A stretch of DNA of 64,000 bases, from NCBI GenBank assembly GCA_964568665.1, contig CAZMPY010000005.1, positions 128,742 to 192,741 of the forward strand. The letters are read 5' to 3'. Shown here piece after piece: positions 25,511 to 34,094 of this stretch. The notes below the pieces were generated by a model. The model saw only the letters and a program-made list of their open reading frames with translations. It did no database searches and was not told the origin of the DNA. A program made the position numbers and the translations under genes. The stretch is from an uncultured Thermoplasmata archaeon. GTDB lineage: Archaea > Thermoplasmatota > Thermoplasmata > UBA10834. Positions within the stretch are counted from its first letter, which is position 1. The number at the start of each line of letters is the position of its first letter.

Positions 25511-25987
25511 GTGAACTGGACGGCAAGGATACAGAAAAGCTCTGGAGCCATGGAGGAGTTCGACAGGCACAAGCTCGAGGAGTCCCTGATAAGGGCCGGT
25601 GCCACGACCGACGTCGCGAAGAGGGTGTCCTCGCGGATCACGCCGATGGACGGACAGTCCTCGCGCGAGCTAAGAAAGGCCGTCGCCGAGGAGCTGCGCA
25701 GGGAGAACCAAGCAGTGTCCGCTGCGTACGTCGCGACGAAGCGCCTGAACGTCAGGGCGAGCGCAGCCACGAGCGCGGGGGTCATCCGCGCGCACGACGA
25801 GCTGCTGAAGTCCCTTGGCCTGGAGTCGGGAAAGACCGTGCGTCTCTCGCTCGAGGGCAAGGAGGCCAGACTACGCATCGAGAAGGCCTCCGAAGGACGG
25901 GCCAACGAGATCCACCTGAGCAAGGAGGACTTCGAGCGGCTCGGGGCGAGAGAGGATGCGAGGCTCAGCGTCAGGTTCGAGAGATGA
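25511..25987 (+). CDS. ATP-cone domain protein with C-terminal beta-barrel (AbrB/VatN-N-like) domain, paralog 1
   Basis: 158 aa (GTG start). RIQKSSGAMEEFDRHKLEESLIRAG is an ATP-cone start. The C-terminal half has two LG-x3-G/E-type half-repeats (LKSLGLESGKTVRL, FERLGAREDARLSV). Collinear paralog at 39932..40402. Confidence 0.65.
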   Translation: MNWTARIQKSSGAMEEFDRHKLEESLIRAGATTDVAKRVSSRITPMDGQSSRELRKAVAEELRRENQAVSAAYVATKRLNVRASAATSAGVIRAHDELLKSLGLESGKTVRLSLEGKEARLRIEKASEGRANEIHLSKEDFERLGAREDARLSVRFER

Positions 25988-26085
25988 GACTGGCCTCGGA
26001 CGCGTAAACCCCACGAAACGAGTTACCTGGACTGTCTGGGATGGGGGGCAGCCCACATTTTGGCCTCGGACCCCGAGGAGGGTGC

Positions 26086-26961
26086 TCACTGCGTCAGCAG
26101 GCTGTATACCATCACGAAGGCGGCCAGGTAGACGCCCAGCGTGAATATCGTCCGGACGGACCTCGTCTTGAGTCTCGCGAGGCCCCAGGTCGATCCGATG
26201 AGCGCAAGCACGAAGACGACCGGGGTGAGCACGAGCGCGAGGTCGTAGTGGATCGTTATGCCCTCCTTGAAGGCGTAGGCGAGCACGGCCGCTGGAGTCA
26301 GGACCGCGCCCATGAGCGCGGATGTCCCGATGGCCTTCCGCGTGTCGAACTTGAACACATAGACTATGAGCGGGACGCTGACGACGCCTCCTCCGATTCC
26401 GAAGCTCCCGACGAGCACACCCGTGAGGACGCTCACACCGATGCCAGCGAGTCTCCTCTTGAACGTGAGTTCGCACTCAGAGACACACCCCTCATTCTTC
26501 GTCTTGTACTGGTCGTACAGCATCCTAGTGGCGACGATTACCAGAAACGCAGCGAAAGCGGCCTTGACGAACTGCTCGTCGGTCGATGCGGTGAACGTCA
26601 CGCCGATCACGACCCCGACAAGACCTCCAGCCGCGAGCAAGAGCCCGAGTCTGAAGTCTACGAGGCCTTTCCTGTTGTGACTGTAGACCGCGCTGAGCAT
26701 CGTGAAGAACGCGAAGCACAGGGATAGGGGGACGATCTCCTTCATGGCCAGGCTCCCCCCAAAGAAGAGAACCATTATCGGCACGTAGAGCTGTCCGCCT
26801 CCAAGCCCGAGGTTGGAGTAGAGGAACGCGACAACACCCGTGAGCATCATCACGACCAGGATCGTGTCGAAACCGATTCCCGCGAAGTCCATCGGGGTGT
26901 GGAAAGCCCGCGGGATATTAAATCCGTGGGAGAGTACAATCGTTCGAACATCCGACCTCAT
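26086..26961 (-). CDS. TauE/SafE-family anion exporter membrane protein
   Basis: 291 aa, about 8 TM helices. Duplicated GLGGGQLYVP / GIGGGVVSVP motifs typical of TauE/SafE. TATA-like ATATTAT at 26988-26998 fits a near-leaderless start at 26961. Confidence 0.65.
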   Translation of the reverse strand: MRSDVRTIVLSHGFNIPRAFHTPMDFAGIGFDTILVVMMLTGVVAFLYSNLGLGGGQLYVPIMVLFFGGSLAMKEIVPLSLCFAFFTMLSAVYSHNRKGLVDFRLGLLLAAGGLVGVVIGVTFTASTDEQFVKAAFAAFLVIVATRMLYDQYKTKNEGCVSECELTFKRRLAGIGVSVLTGVLVGSFGIGGGVVSVPLIVYVFKFDTRKAIGTSALMGAVLTPAAVLAYAFKEGITIHYDLALVLTPVVFVLALIGSTWGLARLKTRSVRTIFTLGVYLAAFVMVYSLLTQ

Positions 26962-27012
26962 TTATGAACGTGCTGCGAACAATCCCCGCATAATATCGAA
27001 AAGGACCAAATC

Positions 27013-27020
27013 TTTTTATA
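27013..27020 (+). promoter_or_regulatory. TATA box for the AOR gene (near-leaderless transcript)
   Basis: TTTTTATA at 27013-27020, centred about 28 nt upstream of ATG 27045. No Shine-Dalgarno-like sequence in between. Confidence 0.5.
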
Positions 27021-27044
27021 GACAGTAGCATTTCATTCGGACGT

Positions 27045-28859
27045 ATGCCAGAGGCGGGCCGCATGAGACTCCTGAGGGTGGACCTCAGGTCCGCGAGGTT
27101 CGATGACCAGGACATCCCGAGGGAGGACCAGGTCAAGTACCTCGGTGGGCGGGGGCTCGCGGCGAGGCTGCTGTACGTCGAGAACAAACCGAAGGTCGGC
27201 CCCCTCGACCCCGAGAACAGGCTCATAATCATGACGGGGCCATACACAGGCACCCTGGGCTCGTTCACTGGGTTCTACAACATCACCACGAAGTCGCCCC
27301 TGACAGGCGCGATACTCTCGGCCCACTCGGGCGGCCACTGGGGACCGATGCTGAGGAAGACGGGCTACGACGGCATCGTGTTCAAGGGGCGCGCCCCTGC
27401 GCCCACCTATCTCAGCATCACGGACGCCGGTCCAGAGCTCAAGGACGCATCCGACCTCTGGGGCAAGGACGTCTTCGAGACCACGGGGGCCCTCGAGGAG
27501 AGACACAAGGCTGCGAAGGCGCTGGTGATCGGACCAGGAGGGGAGAACAAGGTCAGGTTCGCCGCCATCATGAACGACAAGCACAGGGCTGCCGGCAGAG
27601 GGGGCGCCGGTGCGGTCATGGGCTCCAAGAACCTCAAGGCCGTCGTCGTTCACGGGACCAGGGATGTGCCCCAGGCCGACCCGGAGAAGCTCAGGGAGAG
27701 CTTCAAGGCCGCGACGGCCACGGTCAAGGAGAAGAGCCAGGCATTCATGAAGTACGGCACGTCGATGGTGGTCGGGATCACCGGCAAGGCGGGGACCATC
27801 CCCACCAGGAACCTCCAGACGGGCTACTTCCCCGAGTTCGAGAAGATTGGCGGGGACGCGCTCGTGAACGGTCATGTCAACAGGAGCATCGCATGCGCCA
27901 GGTGTCCCCTGCACTGTGGCAAGGAGACCAGGGCCGAGAAGGACTACAGTGTCGTCACCGAGGGGCCCGAATACGAGACGCTCGCGATGTTCGGCTCGAA
28001 CCTCGGCAACCCTAACCTCGAATCGATCATCATGGCGAACGATCTGTGCAACAAGTACGGCATAGACACGATATCGTGCGCGGACACGATCGCGTGCGCG
28101 TTCGAGCTGTACGAGAAGGGCATCATCGGCGAGAAGGACACGGATGGCCTCAAGCTCGACTGGGGGAACCATCAGGCGATGGTGCAGCTCGTCGAGAGGA
28201 CTGGCAGGGGAGAGGGCTTCGGGAGACTCATAGGCGAGGGCTCGAGGAGGCTTGCGGCCAAGTACGGGCCCGGGGCGCACATGTACGCCATGAACGTCAA
28301 GGGCATGGAGTTCCCGGGCTACGACCCGAGGGGCATCCAGGGGATGTCCCTGGCGTACGCCACCTCCACGAGGGGCGCATGCCATCTCAGGGCGACCATG
28401 TACGTGCCCGAGCTGTTCCAGGGTGTGCTCGACAGGTTCACGGTCAAGGGGAAGGCGGAGACGCTCAAGGGCATGCAGGAGATGTTCACCGTGCTCGACT
28501 CGATGATCCTCTGCAAGTTCGGCGCCAGGAACGCCTTCGCGAACAGCTGGGACAACTTCGTCATGCTCGCCAACGCCGCCACCGGGTTCGGCTACACGGT
28601 CGACGACCTGAGGACGGTGGGCGTGCGTGGCTGGACCATGGAGCGGCTGTTCAACCTCAGGGAGGGGCTGTCCAGGAAGGACGACACGCTCCCGGAGAGG
28701 CTCTTCACGACGCCGATCCACGACGGCCCGTCGAAGGGCGCGGTCGTCAACAAGGCGGACTTCGAGGCCGAGCTCGACTCGTACTACGCGCTGTGGGGCT
28801 GGACCAGGGAGGGCGTCCCGACCAGGGACTGTCTGGACAGGCTGGGCATCAGCATCTGA
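27045..28859 (+). CDS. aor: aldehyde:ferredoxin oxidoreductase family (tungstopterin enzyme)
   Basis: 604 aa. MRLLRVDLRS...YLGGRGLAARLLY N-terminus, GRGGAGAVMGSKNLKAVVV, CARCPLHCGK [4Fe-4S] ligand region, KGMEFPGYDPRG, TSTRGACHLR. Confidence 0.9.
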   Translation: MPEAGRMRLLRVDLRSARFDDQDIPREDQVKYLGGRGLAARLLYVENKPKVGPLDPENRLIIMTGPYTGTLGSFTGFYNITTKSPLTGAILSAHSGGHWGPMLRKTGYDGIVFKGRAPAPTYLSITDAGPELKDASDLWGKDVFETTGALEERHKAAKALVIGPGGENKVRFAAIMNDKHRAAGRGGAGAVMGSKNLKAVVVHGTRDVPQADPEKLRESFKAATATVKEKSQAFMKYGTSMVVGITGKAGTIPTRNLQTGYFPEFEKIGGDALVNGHVNRSIACARCPLHCGKETRAEKDYSVVTEGPEYETLAMFGSNLGNPNLESIIMANDLCNKYGIDTISCADTIACAFELYEKGIIGEKDTDGLKLDWGNHQAMVQLVERTGRGEGFGRLIGEGSRRLAAKYGPGAHMYAMNVKGMEFPGYDPRGIQGMSLAYATSTRGACHLRATMYVPELFQGVLDRFTVKGKAETLKGMQEMFTVLDSMILCKFGARNAFANSWDNFVMLANAATGFGYTVDDLRTVGVRGWTMERLFNLREGLSRKDDTLPERLFTTPIHDGPSKGAVVNKADFEAELDSYYALWGWTREGVPTRDCLDRLGISI

Positions 28860-28935
28860 GGCCGCGCCCGCCGCTCATATAGCCAGTGAGCATTATCAAG
28901 TACGATAACCGCTCGGTGCGCCTTTATTACCGGAG

Positions 28936-29877
28936 ATGGGCCTAGCACGAGGTGGTGTCCGTTTGATCGAAGCCGAAGGCCTAGTCAAGGACTATAAGTC
29001 TGTGAGAGCGCTCGACGACATCAGCCTGAAGGTCGGTCGGGGCGAGATATTCGGGTTCTTCGGGCCGAACGGCGCCGGCAAGACCACCTGCATCAAGGTC
29101 CTCTGCGGCCTGACCGGGGTCTCCGACGGCCATGCGACCGTGCTCGGGATCGATGTCAAGAAGCACCCTGTCCACGTCAGGGACAACATCGCGATCCTGT
29201 CCGAGGAGACGAGGTTCTACGAGGAGATGACGGCGCGCAGGTACCTCAACATGTTCGGCAAGTTCATGCTGATGGGCAGGTCCGATAGGCTGGCGGCGAT
29301 CAACAAGACGGCCGACCTGGCCGACCTGCGCAAGTTCATGGACCAGAGGATCGGGACCCTGTCCCAGGGACAGAGGCAGAGGGTCTCGCTGGCAAGGGTC
29401 CTGATGGCCGACAAGCCCCTGGTGTTCCTGGACGAGCCCTTCGAGGGCGTGGACATCACGCACAGGCGCGCGCTCAGGGAACATCTGAGAAAGCACGTGG
29501 CCGGGGGCAACACGATCTTCTTCACTTCGCACAACCTGATCGAGGCGGAACACATCGTCGACAGGTTCGCATTCATACACCGCGGCAAGCTCATAGCTGT
29601 GGGCACGGCCGAGGAGCTCAAGGAGAAGTACCTGGCCCCGTCGTACCTGCTCCATGTCTCGGACCCCCAGAAGGCCAAGGAGATGCTCGACCGCGGCTTG
29701 AAACTCCAGGACCTCAGGATAGTCGAGGGCGACGTCGCGCTGACACTGCGGACGCGGTCCGATGCCGCCCAGATAGCGAAGATCCTGGTCCAGGAGAACA
29801 TCGAGCTCTATGAGATGCGCAGCACGGGCACGATGGAAGAGGTCTTCGAGCGCACATCCAGGGGTGGTGCGGCATGA
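28936..29877 (+). CDS. ABC-2-type transporter ATP-binding protein
   Basis: 313 aa. Walker A GPNGAGKTT, signature LSQGQRQRVSLARVL, Walker B LVFLDEPFEGVD. Stop overlaps the permease start (ATGA). Confidence 0.9.
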   Translation: MGLARGGVRLIEAEGLVKDYKSVRALDDISLKVGRGEIFGFFGPNGAGKTTCIKVLCGLTGVSDGHATVLGIDVKKHPVHVRDNIAILSEETRFYEEMTARRYLNMFGKFMLMGRSDRLAAINKTADLADLRKFMDQRIGTLSQGQRQRVSLARVLMADKPLVFLDEPFEGVDITHRRALREHLRKHVAGGNTIFFTSHNLIEAEHIVDRFAFIHRGKLIAVGTAEELKEKYLAPSYLLHVSDPQKAKEMLDRGLKLQDLRIVEGDVALTLRTRSDAAQIAKILVQENIELYEMRSTGTMEEVFERTSRGGAA

Positions 29878-31721
29878 TGCAGCAGACCCCACCGCCAGAC
29901 GATGAGCTGCCCCCGCCCCCGAGCGACATCGCGGATCAGACCAACAACTTCCCGGAGATCAAGGTCGTGAGGTCAGGTGCCCTCGCGACCGTCAGGCGCG
30001 CCTTCACCATATTCGAGAAGGACCTCAGGACGATGGCGAAGCACGGCCTGGTCAGCTCGGTCATACTCGTGGTCTTCCTCACTCTCGTGTTCTACATCAT
30101 GAGCTACTCCATGAACACGGTGATGAATACGGACATGTTCGGTGAAGGGGACGGCGAAGGCATGACCCTGCCTGGTGCGACCGAGAGCGTGCCGCCCGTG
30201 GCGGACGCTGGCAACGATGTCAGCATAGACGCGGGCGCCGAGGTCCATCTCGACGGCTCAGGGTCCACCGACAACGCTGCAATCGTTTACTGGTCATGGC
30301 ATCTCAGCGAGCTGGGCATCGACACCGAGCTCTATGGCGAGGGCGCCCACCACACCTTCGAATACGCTGGTGACTTCAACGTCACCCTCACCGTCGTCGA
30401 CTCCTCGTGGAACTTCGCGGAGGACAGCATGATGGTCCATGTGTCCCAGTCATCATCGGACACCGAGAACCCGTCCACGAGCTACATGCCCGACCAGAAC
30501 ATTCAGGTCGGGTCGACGGTCACATTCGACGGCTCCTCGGCGACCGACAACATCGGGATCGTGAACTGGACCTGGAGCTTCGACGATATCATCCCGAGGC
30601 TGTTGTACGGGGAGAGCGCGCAGTACACATTCGAGAACTCAGGGAACTACTGGGTGAAGCTCATCGCCAGGGACGCAGCCGGGAACGCGGCCGAGGGAAA
30701 CACCAATGTCAACGTCCAGCCCATGGGCGATGACTGGAGCCAGCCCTACGCAGACCCCGGGAACGGCGGGATAGCCACCGTCGGCGAGACGGTCAACCTG
30801 GATGCATCCAACTCACGGGACGACAACGGCACAATAGTGGCGTACACGTGGTACATCAGCCACAACGCGACGCTCTACACGCTCTCGGGCATGACCGCCC
30901 ACTTCACCCCGAACGAATGGGGCCCGTACGAGATCACGCTCGCAGTCAGGGACAATTCGGGCAACGCAGGCTCGAACCAGATGACGATCATCGCCCTGCC
31001 GGTCGGCATGGAGGTCGCCGGTCTGCCCTGGACATCCACGCCCCTCGGCGCGGACATATCGTTCAACCTCCTGACATACGTCTACGGCATAGCACTGCTG
31101 GCATCGGTGATCTTCATCGGCGGGCTGTTCGCCAAGGGCTTCGCCCACGAGATCCAGAAGGGCACGATCAAGGTGCTGTTCTTCGGACCGATATCCGTGA
31201 CAACGATGGTCTTCTCGAAGATACTGTACCCGATCATAATCGGTCCGGTATTCATAATCCCCCTGACCATGATAGCGCTCTCGCCGTTCGGCCAGCCGGT
31301 CAGCGACCTGCTGATCGTCACCCTCGTCGCCTACGCGCTCGCGGTGCTGACCATGGTCTCCGCGGCCTACGGCTCGTGCCTCATCTACCTGGGCGCCAAG
31401 AGGATGGTCCTCAAGCCGACGGTCGTCTCGAGGATCTTCATGTACCTCTCGCTCCTGGCCACGATGACGGTGTTCGAGTGGATGTCTTTCCTGTTCGACA
31501 TGTGGTTCGACACGGACAGCTACGGTGGCATGTACGCGGACTACGGCTCCGCGGTGGCGTTCCTGTCGCCGTTCCACCAGGGAGGGGTGTTCCTGTCCAA
31601 CATGATAATAGGGACAGCCCAGACGCCCGACTGGATAGTCTTCGCCATCCCGGTGTCGCTGATCGTCCTCGGAGTGATGGCATCGCACCGGCTATACCCG
31701 GACATGTTCTCGAGGGAGTGA
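29874..31721 (+). CDS. ABC-2-type permease with three extracytoplasmic PKD domains inserted after TM1
   Basis: 615 aa. TM1 (LVSSVILVVFLTLVFYIMSY), then about 270 aa with three PKD repeats (VHLDGSGSTDNAAIVYWSWHL, VTFDGSSATDNIGIVNWTWSF, VNLDASNSRDDNGTIVAYTWYI; nt about 30192-31005), then five or six TM helices. Confidence 0.8.
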   Translation: MMQQTPPPDDELPPPPSDIADQTNNFPEIKVVRSGALATVRRAFTIFEKDLRTMAKHGLVSSVILVVFLTLVFYIMSYSMNTVMNTDMFGEGDGEGMTLPGATESVPPVADAGNDVSIDAGAEVHLDGSGSTDNAAIVYWSWHLSELGIDTELYGEGAHHTFEYAGDFNVTLTVVDSSWNFAEDSMMVHVSQSSSDTENPSTSYMPDQNIQVGSTVTFDGSSATDNIGIVNWTWSFDDIIPRLLYGESAQYTFENSGNYWVKLIARDAAGNAAEGNTNVNVQPMGDDWSQPYADPGNGGIATVGETVNLDASNSRDDNGTIVAYTWYISHNATLYTLSGMTAHFTPNEWGPYEITLAVRDNSGNAGSNQMTIIALPVGMEVAGLPWTSTPLGADISFNLLTYVYGIALLASVIFIGGLFAKGFAHEIQKGTIKVLFFGPISVTTMVFSKILYPIIIGPVFIIPLTMIALSPFGQPVSDLLIVTLVAYALAVLTMVSAAYGSCLIYLGAKRMVLKPTVVSRIFMYLSLLATMTVFEWMSFLFDMWFDTDSYGGMYADYGSAVAFLSPFHQGGVFLSNMIIGTAQTPDWIVFAIPVSLIVLGVMASHRLYPDMFSRE

Positions 31722-31764
31722 CCAGCGAAAGGCTGAACTGGGAGACCGACGCTAGCGGACCGCC

Positions 31765-32136
31765 ATGAAGGTCTGCGTTCCGTGCAACTCGCCGGGAGGG
31801 CCAGATGCGGTCATCGCGTCGCCGTTCGAGGAGACCGACCTGCTGGACTACTACGAGCTCCTGCCGGATGGCAGGTTCGAGCACACGGCCCAGATGAGGA
31901 ACTGCGGGGACGCGGCATGCGTCAACCCCGTCGACGCCATCGCGAGCAGGGGAGTCGCGAAGATCGTGGTCACGGGACTCACCCCGACATCCCTGATGCG
32001 GCTCCACAACGCCGGCGTAAAGGTGTATCTCGCCAGCGACCCGCTCGCGCGCGCGGCCCTGGACGACCTCGCGAAGGGCGGGCTCACAGAAGTCACAATC
32101 GACCGGTTCGCGACCCTCGAAAGGACAAGGAAATGA
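31765..32136 (+). CDS. NifX/NifB-C-terminal-like protein, copy 4 (divergent)
   Basis: 123 aa. MKVCVPCNSPGGPDAVIASPFEETDLLDYYEL...KIVVTGLTPTSLMRLHNAGVKVY is collinear with copies 2 and 3 but lacks their HFGRAP motif. Confidence 0.6.
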   Translation: MKVCVPCNSPGGPDAVIASPFEETDLLDYYELLPDGRFEHTAQMRNCGDAACVNPVDAIASRGVAKIVVTGLTPTSLMRLHNAGVKVYLASDPLARAALDDLAKGGLTEVTIDRFATLERTRK

Positions 32137-32163
32137 GTTTAGCGAAAGGGTTTGCGTTCGGGC

Positions 32164-32613
32164 CTAGAGCGCTTCGAGCTTGGCCTTGTTCACCAGGTTC
32201 TCCTTGGCCATGCGCTCCATGATCCTGGCGGCCTCCGACAGCAGGTGCTTCGCGATCTTCGCCGAGTCGTTGTAGAACCTGGCTGAGGTCTCCTCGATCA
32301 TCGCCGCATGCCTGGCCGCCGCCTTGAGGTCGGCGTCCTTGGACAGGTCGAGCTGCATCAGATAGTCCTCGCGCACGATGTCCGAGATCGGCTCGAGCAC
32401 CATCTCGTTGAGCTTCTCCCGCCTCGTGTTCTCAAGCAAGTTCCCGCGCTTCCTGTGGTTCTCCACGAGCGACCGGAAGGTCTCAGCGCCCTCGGCCAGC
32501 CGCGGGTCGGCGGCAAGCTCCGAGTTGACCACGACGGCGACCCTCTCGAGCTCCAGGGCGAACCTCATGACCGTCCCGAAGGACGTGCATTCCGGGAACT
32601 CGCTCTCCACCAT
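32164..32613 (-). CDS. hypothetical all-helical protein (four-helix-bundle-like)
   Basis: Start ATG 32613 (MVESEFPE), 1-nt overlap with the upstream dehydrogenase stop. 149 aa rich in E/A/L/R heptad-like segments. Family not recognised. Confidence 0.5.
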   Translation of the reverse strand: MVESEFPECTSFGTVMRFALELERVAVVVNSELAADPRLAEGAETFRSLVENHRKRGNLLENTRREKLNEMVLEPISDIVREDYLMQLDLSKDADLKAAARHAAMIEETSARFYNDSAKIAKHLLSEAARIMERMAKENLVNKAKLEAL

Positions 32614-34094
32614 CAGTACCACCTGGTGATCACTACCTTCCTGTCCGTGAAGAAGTTTATCGCGTCCTTGCCCTGCCCGTGCATGTCGCCGAAGAACGAC
32701 CCCTTGGCCCCCGCGAACGGGAAGTATGCCATCGCCGCGACTATGCCGACATTGATGCCGATGTTGCCGCACTGGACCCTGTACCTGAAGTCCCTGGCCC
32801 ACTTGCCGTTCTGCGTGTATATCGATGCGGCGTTGCCGTACGGGCTCTTGTGGATGAACTCGATGGCCTCGTCCATCGTGCCCATGCGCATGAACGACAC
32901 GACCGGCCCGAATATCTCCTCCTTCGCGATGGTCATGTCAGGCGTCACGCCGTCGAAGACCGTCGGCCCGATGAAGTAGCCCTTCTCGTACCCAGGCACC
33001 TTGATGTTCCGCCCGTCGAGGAGGAGCTTCGCGCCCTCGTCCACGCCCTTCTGGATGTATCCGAGGACCCTCGCCTTGGCGGCCGCGGAGATGACGGGGC
33101 CCATGTTCGAGCTCTCGTCGAGACCGTAGCCGACCTTGATCCTCTTCGATTCATCGAGCCACTTCTTGAGGAGCGGCTCCGCGATGTCGCCGATCGCGAG
33201 CATGTTCGAGCCTGCGAGGCACCTCTGGCCCGCGCAGCCGTAGAACGATGCGAGCATGTTCTTGACACTCGCGTCGAGCTTCGCGTCCGGCATGATCACG
33301 AGCGAGTTCTTGGCGCCGCCCTGGGCCTGGACCCGCTTGCCGGTCTCGCCGCACTTCTTGTAGATGTACTTCGCGACCGGCGTGGACCCGACGAACGATA
33401 TGCCCTTGATGCTCGGGTGCTCGAGCATCGTGTTGACAGCGTCCTCCCTTCCGTTCACCAGGTTCACGACGCCCGGCGGGAAGCCAGCCTCCTCGATGAG
33501 CTTGACCATGTGCATCGTCGTCAGCGGGACCTGCTCCGATGGCTTGATGACATAGGTGTTGCCTGCCGCGACCGCATACGGCCAGAACCAGAACGGCACC
33601 ATGCCCGGGAAGTTGAACGGGCATATCGCGCCGAACACGCCGAGCGGAGAGATTATGACCTCCTCGTCGATGTTGGCGGCTGCACCGTCCTCCAGGTTGT
33701 AGCCCATCATCAGCGATGTGACACCTGCTGCGACCTCGACGTTCTCGATCGCGCGCCTGGTCTCGCCCCTGGCATCGTCGATCGTCTTGCCCTGCTCCTG
33801 GGAGATGATCCTGGCGATGTCCTCGAAGTCGCGCTCCATTATGGTCTTGAGGTTGAACATCAGCCGCCCCCTGGAGATCGGTGGCGTCTCCCTCCACGAC
33901 CACCATGCCTCCTGGGCCGCCTCTATCGCCGCGGAAGTCTCGTCGCGCGTGGACATCGGCACCTTCGCGATGACATCCGTCGTCGCCGGGTTCACCACGT
34001 CCATGAACTTCGAGGTCTTCGAATCGATCCACTCGCCGTTCACGAAGTTCTTGATCTTCCCGTAGTCCTTCTTGACCTCAGCCAGTACTGCCAT
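32613..34094 (-). CDS. mmsA: CoA-acylating methylmalonate/malonate-semialdehyde dehydrogenase (ALDH family)
   Basis: Start ATG 34094 (MAVLAEVKKDYGKIKNFVNGEWID; AAGGAG 10 nt upstream) inside ORF 32613..34190. FNFPGMVPFWFWPYAVAAGNTYVIKPSE, catalytic FYGCAGQRCLA, EEIFGPV. Confidence 0.8.
   Translation of the reverse strand: MAVLAEVKKDYGKIKNFVNGEWIDSKTSKFMDVVNPATTDVIAKVPMSTRDETSAAIEAAQEAWWSWRETPPISRGRLMFNLKTIMERDFEDIARIISQEQGKTIDDARGETRRAIENVEVAAGVTSLMMGYNLEDGAAANIDEEVIISPLGVFGAICPFNFPGMVPFWFWPYAVAAGNTYVIKPSEQVPLTTMHMVKLIEEAGFPPGVVNLVNGREDAVNTMLEHPSIKGISFVGSTPVAKYIYKKCGETGKRVQAQGGAKNSLVIMPDAKLDASVKNMLASFYGCAGQRCLAGSNMLAIGDIAEPLLKKWLDESKRIKVGYGLDESSNMGPVISAAAKARVLGYIQKGVDEGAKLLLDGRNIKVPGYEKGYFIGPTVFDGVTPDMTIAKEEIFGPVVSFMRMGTMDEAIEFIHKSPYGNAASIYTQNGKWARDFRYRVQCGNIGINVGIVAAMAYFPFAGAKGSFFGDMHGQGKDAINFFTDRKVVITRWY

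Noticed and set aside
27033-28721. 562-aa ORF on the minus strand, the longest alternative ORF in the window
   Set aside because: It is exactly antisense to the aldehyde:ferredoxin oxidoreductase gene. Its translation is Arg/Pro/Gly/His/Val-rich with no motifs, typical of the shadow frame of a GC-rich gene, while the plus-strand frame has clear AOR motifs.
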